In this document: positions 57,718 to 64,000 of the stretch, in pieces
Position numbering within the stretch: position 1 is the first letter of the stretch
Layout of the letters: every line of letters begins with the position of its first letter
Source: Deferribacterales bacterium
GTDB taxonomy: Bacteria; Chrysiogenota; Deferribacteres; Deferribacterales; Geovibrionaceae
Assembly (NCBI GenBank): GCA_050251945.1
Contig: JBFWLW010000009.1
Coordinates: forward strand, 21,431 to 85,430
Length of the DNA: 64,000 nucleotides
Direction: 5' to 3'
Translations under genes and position numbers: made by a program
The notes under the pieces: generated by a model
The model's input: only the letters and a program-made list of their open reading frames with translations
What the model was told of the DNA's origin: nothing
Databases searched by the model: none

Positions 57718-58423
57718 TGTTCTCTCTGACGCTTATTTTGAGATAGCGTTTCTGCATCCAGCGGACGCAGATAAGGTCATAAAGCGCCTCATAGCCCCTT
57801 TTCAGGTTGGTATATTTTGAAACGCCGGAGTGGCGCTGTCTGTGATTGACCTTCATCTCAACCACCTTTGCACCCTCCATACGCATCATGGCAGGAAGAA
57901 ACCTGTGGAGACCTTTGTACATTTTTACGCGTTTGAGCATGGACGCGCGCATTATTTTAAGCGAACATCCTGTATCGTGTATGTCCTCTTTAATGACCGC
58001 GTTGCGTATCCTGTTCCCAAGTTTGCTGGCAAGACGTTTTGAAAGAGTGTCTTTGCGGTTGTGGCGCCAGCCGTTCACCATATCGTATTCGCCGAAAAGC
58101 TTAAGCATTTCAGGTATATCCGCCGGATCGTTCTGAAGGTCGGCATCCATAGTGATTATAATATCACCGGACGCATGCTGAAATCCGGAGTAAAGCGCCG
58201 CCGACTGACCGGTGTTTTTTGCAAACGCTATATATTTGACGCAATGGTCTTTCTCTGCCAAAGATTTTATTATTTCAAGACTTTTGTCGCGGCTGAAATC
58301 ATCAACAAATATTATCTCATACTCGCCGCCAACCTTTGCGCAGACATCTTTTATCTGGTCATAGAGAGGGGAGAGATTGTTTTCTTCGTCGTAAACTGGT
58401 ATCACATAAGATATTTTTTCCAT
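57704..58423 (-). CDS. GT2 polyprenyl-phosphate glycosyltransferase (ArnC/DPM1-like)
   Basis: 'VIPVYDEE', 'VDDFSRD', 'MDADLQNDP', 'DTGCSLK', 'HRFLP'. Confidence 0.9.
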   Translation of the reverse strand: MEKISYVIPVYDEENNLSPLYDQIKDVCAKVGGEYEIIFVDDFSRDKSLEIIKSLAEKDHCVKYIAFAKNTGQSAALYSGFQHASGDIIITMDADLQNDPADIPEMLKLFGEYDMVNGWRHNRKDTLSKRLASKLGNRIRNAVIKEDIHDTGCSLKIMRASMLKRVKMYKGLHRFLPAMMRMEGAKVVEMKVNHRQRHSGVSKYTNLKRGYEALYDLICVRWMQKRYLKISVRENNVGS

Positions 58424-58531
58424 CCGGCATCCTACAGGCATTTCTTTATTCAATAAATATGAACAAAGATAACTATCATATTTACGGTTTTTAGACAACT
58501 CCAAATAATATTAAGTTCAATACCCCATAAA

Positions 58532-58570
58532 TGATTAAAAGATAATCACATGATGGTGATATAATGACCA
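58532..58570. promoter_or_regulatory. Tandem 17-bp dyads, putative enhancer sites for an NtrC-type activator
   Basis: TGATTA-AAAGA-TAATCA (58532-58548) and TGGTGATATAATGACCA (58554-58570); centres 22 bp apart, upstream of the sigma54 promoter. Confidence 0.5.
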
Positions 58571-58621
58571 TATAGAATGTTGAGAATATGACAAAGGCGC
58601 ATTTCATAGATTTCTTTCAAT

Positions 58622-58637
58622 TGGCACGGCGTTTGCA
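58622..58637 (+). promoter_or_regulatory. Sigma54 (-24/-12) promoter of amtB
   Basis: TGGCAC-GGCGT-TTGCA matches the RpoN consensus exactly. Confidence 0.88.
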
Positions 58638-58672
58638 TATAAGCTCACTGATTAAAACACGGGGTGACAGAT

Positions 58673-59932
58673 ATGAAAAAATCTCTCCTAACAACACTTC
58701 TGATATTTACGGCATTCGCGGCATTTGCCGACGAGGCGCCGGCTCTTGACACAGGCGATACAGCGTGGCTTCTTATGTCTTCTGCTCTCGTTCTTCTCAT
58801 GATGCCCGGTCTAGCACTTTTCTACGGTGGTATGGTCAGAGCGAAAAACGTTCTTTCCACATTCCTTTACAGCTTCACAGCCCTCACAGTGGTGGGCGTT
58901 GTCTGGATGGTGATAGGCTTTACACTGGCATTCGGTGAAACAGAATCTCCCTTTGTCGGAAGTATGCAATACCTTTTCATGGGCGGCGATTTTATGACAG
59001 CGATGTCGGGAACTATTCCGCTTTCGGTTTTTGCAATGTTTCAGGGTATGTTCGCGATAATCACTGTCGCGCTCATCAGCGGTGCAATTGTTGAAAGAAT
59101 GAAGTTCTCCGCATGGATCATTTTCATGGTCGCATGGGTGATAATCGTATACGCTCCGGTTGCACACTGGGTGTGGGCAGGTTCCGGCTGGCTCTTTAAA
59201 ATGGGCGCTCTGGATTTCGCGGGCGGTACAGTCGTTCACTTCTCATCAGGCTGCGCGGCTCTTGCGCTTGCAATAGTCCTCGGTAACAGAAAGGACTTCC
59301 TCAAATCCGCCACAATTCCCCACAACCTGACACAAACACTCATCGGTGCAGGTCTTCTGTGGTTCGGATGGTTCGGTTTCAACGCAGGTTCAGCTCTCGG
59401 TTCAAACGTTCTTGCCGGTCTCGCATTCGCAAACACAATGATCGCGGCTTCAGCAGCAGGTGTAAGCTGGATGCTTATTGAATGGACACACGGCAAACCC
59501 AGCGCGCTGGGCGTTGCTTCAGGTATAGTTGCGGGTCTCGTTGCTATTACACCCGCCGCAGGTTTCGTTGCTCCATGGGGAGCGCTTGTTCTCGGTCTTC
59601 TGGTTGGCGTAATTTGCTGTTATGCCGTCAGACTTAAATTCAAACTCAAACTTGACGATTCTCTCGACGTTTTCGGCATACACGGCGTTGGCGGTCTTTT
59701 CGGCGCTATCATGACTGGTGTTCTTGCTATCGAGGGTAAAGGTCTTGTAAGCGGAAACTCCGCACAGGTTGGTATTCAGACGATCGGCGTTCTCTCCGCA
59801 GGTCTGTATTCGTTCGTAGTTACACTGGTTATTGCTTATGCTCTTAAGGCTACTATCGGGATAAGGGTTACACCCGAACAGGAGGCTGAGGGTACGGACG
59901 TTAATCAGCACGGCGAGAAAGCGTACAACTAA
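58673..59932 (+). CDS. amtB: Ammonium transporter
   Basis: 'GDTAW', 'PGLALFYGG', 'FQGMFA', 'DFAGGTVVH', 'LLWFGWFGFNAGS', 'DDSLDVFGIHG'. Confidence 0.96.
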   Translation: MKKSLLTTLLIFTAFAAFADEAPALDTGDTAWLLMSSALVLLMMPGLALFYGGMVRAKNVLSTFLYSFTALTVVGVVWMVIGFTLAFGETESPFVGSMQYLFMGGDFMTAMSGTIPLSVFAMFQGMFAIITVALISGAIVERMKFSAWIIFMVAWVIIVYAPVAHWVWAGSGWLFKMGALDFAGGTVVHFSSGCAALALAIVLGNRKDFLKSATIPHNLTQTLIGAGLLWFGWFGFNAGSALGSNVLAGLAFANTMIAASAAGVSWMLIEWTHGKPSALGVASGIVAGLVAITPAAGFVAPWGALVLGLLVGVICCYAVRLKFKLKLDDSLDVFGIHGVGGLFGAIMTGVLAIEGKGLVSGNSAQVGIQTIGVLSAGLYSFVVTLVIAYALKATIGIRVTPEQEAEGTDVNQHGEKAYN

Positions 59933-59951
59933 GATCGTATTCTTTATATTG

Positions 59952-59982
59952 AAAAGGGCAGTCTTCGGGCTGCCTTTTTTTT
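59952..59982 (+). terminator. Rho-independent terminator of amtB
   Basis: GGCAGTC-TTCG-GGCTGCC followed by a T run. Confidence 0.85.
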
Positions 59983-59994
59983 ATGTCCAGATAT

Positions 59995-60028
59995 AGACTG
60001 CTTCGTTGCTGATGCTCCTCGCAGAGAC
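59995..60028. repeat. Solitary REP-like unit
   Basis: AGACTGCTTCG-TTGCTGATGCTC-CTCGCAGAGAC. Confidence 0.75.
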
Positions 60029-60056
60029 GTATAAATGTAATCTTATTGACACTTAG

Positions 60057-60154
60057 AAGCGAGTAGTTCCAGGCGGACGAATAAAAATCAACGAGCATAC
60101 GTAGAAGTATGTGAGGAAGATTCTTTATGAGGACAACGACGAAATACGAAGCTT
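60057..60154. other. Long imperfect nested hairpin (possible second repeat family or ncRNA)
   Basis: Nested pairings AAGC/GCTT, GTAGTTC/GAAATAC, ATAAAAATC/GATTCTTTAT, GCATAC/GTATGT. Confidence 0.45.
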
Positions 60155-60190
60155 ATGGGAAGCATATGAGTTATGCGCCGCGTATCACCG

Positions 60191-60637
60191 TCAGTCGCGG
60201 GAAAGGATGACTCCGCGCGAGGTAAATGATATCCCCTGTTGTGTTTTTGCTCCTATCATAACGGATTCGATAACCGGCTCGGTCACATCTGTCGCCGATT
60301 TCCATCTGACAATGAAGCTTGCACCGGAACCGCCTGCCGTGTCGGATTCTTTCACGACAAAACGGACGGACGAAAGAGGATTTAAGACAACTGCGTTCCG
60401 GACGTATTTCGATATAAGTTTTCCGTCTGAACCGTAATAGTCGGCAGAGAGCAGTGTTATTCTGTTTTTCATATCCGTGTTTCTTATGCTGACTGTGGCG
60501 GCAAGCAGAAACGGTTTCTCTTTGTCTCCAGTATAAATATGAGAATACACCGGAACATAAACAGAAGCCCCTTTATATGCAAAAGCCGTTGCCGAAAGAA
60601 AAACAGCAGAAAGAACAAGGAATAACAATTTTGTCAT
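60191..60637 (-). CDS. DUF3124-like exported protein
   Basis: Signal peptide; 'YVPVYSHIY', 'TVSIRNTD', 'GGSGASFIVRW', 'PVIESVMIG', 'GISFTSRG'. Confidence 0.8.
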   Translation of the reverse strand: MTKLLFLVLSAVFLSATAFAYKGASVYVPVYSHIYTGDKEKPFLLAATVSIRNTDMKNRITLLSADYYGSDGKLISKYVRNAVVLNPLSSVRFVVKESDTAGGSGASFIVRWKSATDVTEPVIESVMIGAKTQQGISFTSRGVILSRD

Positions 60638-60894
60638 GATGCACCTCACGTCTTATAATAAGCTCATAAAACTATTTTTCAAACATTAATCAGGCGGCAT
60701 ACCCACTAATAGTTAAAAACAAGTACATATAAAAGGTTGTTTTATCTTGAAATATATATTTTTAATGTTGATAATGTGAATGGTCGATAAGAAGAATACC
60801 GATAGCATCCTTTAAACGTCAAGAAAAAACTTAACTTTTGTTTCGTATATAATTAATGAAAGATATAATTAAATAAACTATTCTGGAGAATGCC

Positions 60895-62577
60895 ATGTTG
60901 AAATCCGTCAAAACAAAAATATTGCTTCTGGTTTTAATTCCGCTTCTGGCTGTCACCTGCATAGTTCTTTTCACTGTCTACAGAGATGTGAAAAAAAACA
61001 CCGCAGAGCAAATAACACAGGCAAGAGAAAAAATGCTCAACAGCAAGAAAGAAGAGCTGAAAAACAACGTTGACATAGCTCTTACGGCTATGAACCCGCT
61101 TGTTAATCATAAAGAACTGAGTACCGAACAGTCACAGATGATGGCAAAGGCCATACTTGAAAGCATCCGCTTCGCCGGCGACGGCTATATCTTCACCTAT
61201 ACGTTTGACGGGACGGCACTCACTGTCGGACCGAACAAAGCCGTTGTCGGAAAAAACCTTATGGCAGCCAAGGATGCCAACGGCGTTTATTTTGTAAGAG
61301 ACATGCTTGATAAGGCAAAACTGGACGGCGGAGGCTACGTTGAATATATCTGGCTTAAACCATCCGCAGGCAAAGACGAACCGAAATTAAGCTATGCAAC
61401 GGAAATTAAAGAATGGCACTGGATGATTGGTACGGGCGTTTACATTGACGACATCGACGTTGCTCTGGAGCAACTTCAAAAAGAATCCAATGCGCGCATA
61501 AGAAGCATGCTTCTCAGCATCTTCGGCTTCTCGGCGGTCGCTCTTGTGATAACTGTCGTAATAACAACTATCATGGTCGGCAGAATGACGAAAGGCATAC
61601 AAACGGCAGCTGACGTTCTGCGGGATATCGCATCAGGTGAAGGCGACCTTACAAAACAGCTTCCCGTAACATCCGAGGACGAAATAGGACAGCTTTCCAA
61701 ATATTTCAATCAATTCATCAGGAAACTGCGCGATATCGTCGCCACGGTTCAGGAGAACGCTCAGTCTGTAGCATCCGGCAGTACGGAACTTGCAGCGGCA
61801 ACTGAAGAACTCTCCATGACCATGGGAGATCAGGCATCACAGGTCAGTAGTGTCGCTTCTGCAACTGAAGAAATGAGCGCTTCGTCGTCTCTCATAAACG
61901 AAAATCTGGACGCCAGCCTTAAAGTTGCGCAGGAGACGGCAAACAACACCACGGACGGCAGTAAGATGCTTAAAAAGGCTGTGGACGAGATACAGCAGAT
62001 CAAAAACAAGGTTGACGAACTTGGCACCACGGTGAGAAGCCTTGCGGATTCATCTCAGGAGATAACCGCCATACTCAACGTCATAAGCGACATCGCAGAT
62101 CAGACCAACCTTCTCGCGCTTAACGCCGCAATAGAGGCGGCAAGAGCCGGCGAACACGGACGCGGATTCGCTGTTGTTGCCGATGAGGTGCGTAAGCTTG
62201 CCGAGCGCACACAAAGCGCCACAGGCGAGATAAGCAGCATCATAGGAAATCTCCAGAAGGAGTCAGGCAGAGCCTCAGACGACATGGGACTGGCGCTTGT
62301 TCAGGTTGATTCAGGCGTCAAGACCATGATGGCAACCGCAACTTTCTTCGACAAAATCGTGGCATCGGTTGACGATATGAGTAATATGAACAGCGTGATA
62401 GAGACATCCATCAAAGAACAGGTTCAGGCGATTGAAAACATAAACGACAACGCTCAGACCATATCAACAGGCATAGAGCAGAGTACCCACGCGCTTGCCG
62501 AGATAAGCAGAACTGTCTCCGACCTTGAAAAGCAGTCCGAAAACCTTATGGTTCTGATGGGTCAGTTCAGAATATAA
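60895..62577 (+). CDS. Methyl-accepting chemotaxis protein with single Cache domain
   Basis: 'DGYIF...KDANG...GGYVEYIW...KLSY...[13 protein letters not shown]', HAMP, signalling domain; paralog of 21052-22737. Confidence 0.93.
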   Translation: MLKSVKTKILLLVLIPLLAVTCIVLFTVYRDVKKNTAEQITQAREKMLNSKKEELKNNVDIALTAMNPLVNHKELSTEQSQMMAKAILESIRFAGDGYIFTYTFDGTALTVGPNKAVVGKNLMAAKDANGVYFVRDMLDKAKLDGGGYVEYIWLKPSAGKDEPKLSYATEIKEWHWMIGTGVYIDDIDVALEQLQKESNARIRSMLLSIFGFSAVALVITVVITTIMVGRMTKGIQTAADVLRDIASGEGDLTKQLPVTSEDEIGQLSKYFNQFIRKLRDIVATVQENAQSVASGSTELAAATEELSMTMGDQASQVSSVASATEEMSASSSLINENLDASLKVAQETANNTTDGSKMLKKAVDEIQQIKNKVDELGTTVRSLADSSQEITAILNVISDIADQTNLLALNAAIEAARAGEHGRGFAVVADEVRKLAERTQSATGEISSIIGNLQKESGRASDDMGLALVQVDSGVKTMMATATFFDKIVASVDDMSNMNSVIETSIKEQVQAIENINDNAQTISTGIEQSTHALAEISRTVSDLEKQSENLMVLMGQFRI

Positions 62578-62617
62578 TTCTTTTCAGCATTACTTCAGGA
62601 ATGAGAGATCAATACCC

Positions 62618-63886
62618 TCATTCCTGCTGCGGTGCTGTGTACGACACAGCCAACATATCAAGCACCATATCCTTAAATTCCGCTATATTGTAATCAGTAC
62701 CAGCCAAATTGTTAAACTTTTTAATCTGATCAGGATACTTTGCTTTATACCTGTTATTTGCCCAGATTATAAAAGGCACCTGAGACGTGTATTTAGAACG
62801 AACGGAATCGGCATGACCTGCAAAATTGCCATCGTCAAAAACGCTTTCACCATGGTCTGAAAAATAAATAAAAACGACGGTTTTATCAGTGTTTCCAAGC
62901 TCATTAATGATATCTGCAATTATGGCATCATTGTATCTTACTGAATTATCATATTCGTTTATTTTATCGTATTGTTTTTCTTTTTTGAGCCACGGTTTAG
63001 AAGCTATACCATCTTTAGTTTTAAAATAATCAAACGACTTCGGGTATCTGGCGGAATATTGCAGATGACTGCCCATCATATGCAGGAAAACTATATTGTT
63101 TAGTGTATTCTTCGTAACAACCTTCCTTAGCTGAGGTAAAAGTTTTTCATCATAACTTAAAAGTTGCGTCTGCTTTACACCTGTATTGATATTTACAAAT
63201 TGCCTATACTTCGCACCTTGGACCACCATCGTGAGCATTGTATCCCAAGCACCAAGTGCAGCCTGATTTGATATCCAGTATGTATTGTAATTTACTTTGT
63301 TTAAAATATTAATAACAGGTAGATAGACGTTATTTTCTCTATATGTCAGAACTGCTGTAAGAGAAGGAATTGTACTGAAATATTCCGTGTATGCCTTATT
63401 AAAAACGATTAAATTGTCTTTAATTTCTGTCAACTTTGGGTTTGTTGCTCTTTTGTAACCATAAAGTTGCATATGCTTCCTAGTAAGAGATTCTCCAATG
63501 GCGACAACAAGCATATCTGGAGCGGATGATTTTTCAACATCCTGCACAACATAAATATTTTTTGATACCTTTTCCGAATAAGCCTTTTCAAGTTTTCCAG
63601 ATTCTTTTAAATAGGATTTCAGAGATATAAAAAATCCGAACAGAGGATGGTGTTGCGTTCTTGTGATAAAAAGAGAGTTTTTGGTTCCAAATGCAACGTT
63701 TAGTAGAATAAAACCAATAACAAACACAGCCGTACGATTTCTGATTTTCCCGCTGCTCTGTACTATTCTGACTTTATATAAAAGGTAAAGCGGGACTACA
63801 GGTATAAGTAGTGCAAAAATAACCATATCCAACGAGAGATATCCAGAAATAAATTCAAAAGATTCTCCTGCGTTAGAGCATATCAC
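62618..63886 (-). CDS. Phosphoethanolamine transferase (EptA/CptA-like, sulfatase fold); 5' end possibly frameshifted
   Basis: 'IGES', 'LYGY.R.TNP.L', catalytic Thr in 'STIPSL', 'HMMGSH', 'YDNSVRYND', 'SDHGE'. Confidence 0.85.
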   Translation of the reverse strand: MICSNAGESFEFISGYLSLDMVIFALLIPVVPLYLLYKVRIVQSSGKIRNRTAVFVIGFILLNVAFGTKNSLFITRTQHHPLFGFFISLKSYLKESGKLEKAYSEKVSKNIYVVQDVEKSSAPDMLVVAIGESLTRKHMQLYGYKRATNPKLTEIKDNLIVFNKAYTEYFSTIPSLTAVLTYRENNVYLPVINILNKVNYNTYWISNQAALGAWDTMLTMVVQGAKYRQFVNINTGVKQTQLLSYDEKLLPQLRKVVTKNTLNNIVFLHMMGSHLQYSARYPKSFDYFKTKDGIASKPWLKKEKQYDKINEYDNSVRYNDAIIADIINELGNTDKTVVFIYFSDHGESVFDDGNFAGHADSVRSKYTSQVPFIIWANNRYKAKYPDQIKKFNNLAGTDYNIAEFKDMVLDMLAVSYTAPQQE

Positions 63887-64000
63887 GAAATAATTAACGT
63901 ATATTATAATTTGTCCGATATGCTATGAATGAAACATGCAAACAAAGATACCCGACAACGAGCCTTATCAGCATATGAACAAGGCAGTAGAACACAGGCA

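Overview
Gene-dense bacterial chromosomal window with no rRNA, tRNA, CRISPR array, phage or transposase detected. Gene content suggests a Gram-negative, motile anaerobe or microaerophile; Deferribacterota is a guess, not a verified assignment. It holds four chemoreceptors, a Bcr/CflA MFS pump, zntB, a class II photolyase, an amino-acid exporter cluster (argO/argP, radical SAM, RhtB, azlCD), an A2-type cytochrome c oxidase operon with a dihaem subunit II, a haem-c sensor kinase with its OmpR-family partner, rlmI, potABCD, gltX-glnS, c-di-GMP enzymes, a MATE pump, a paaK-ACT-liv-paaK operon, an ArnC/LAB_N/ArnT-like cluster, a sigma54-driven amtB and an AT-rich phosphoethanolamine transferase. 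The most striking unannotated signal is a ~140-bp non-coding MITE (3 full copies, 1 truncated). Each full copy is flanked by a direct duplication of an entire, locus-specific hairpin (21, 26 and 33 bp) and carries two REP-like palindromic units that also occur free. Other candidates are two paralogous ~950-1000 aa acidic surface lipoproteins, a 96-aa protein with a ribbon-helix-helix-like core and metallothionein-like ends, and an 11-aa leader peptide upstream of the MATE pump.
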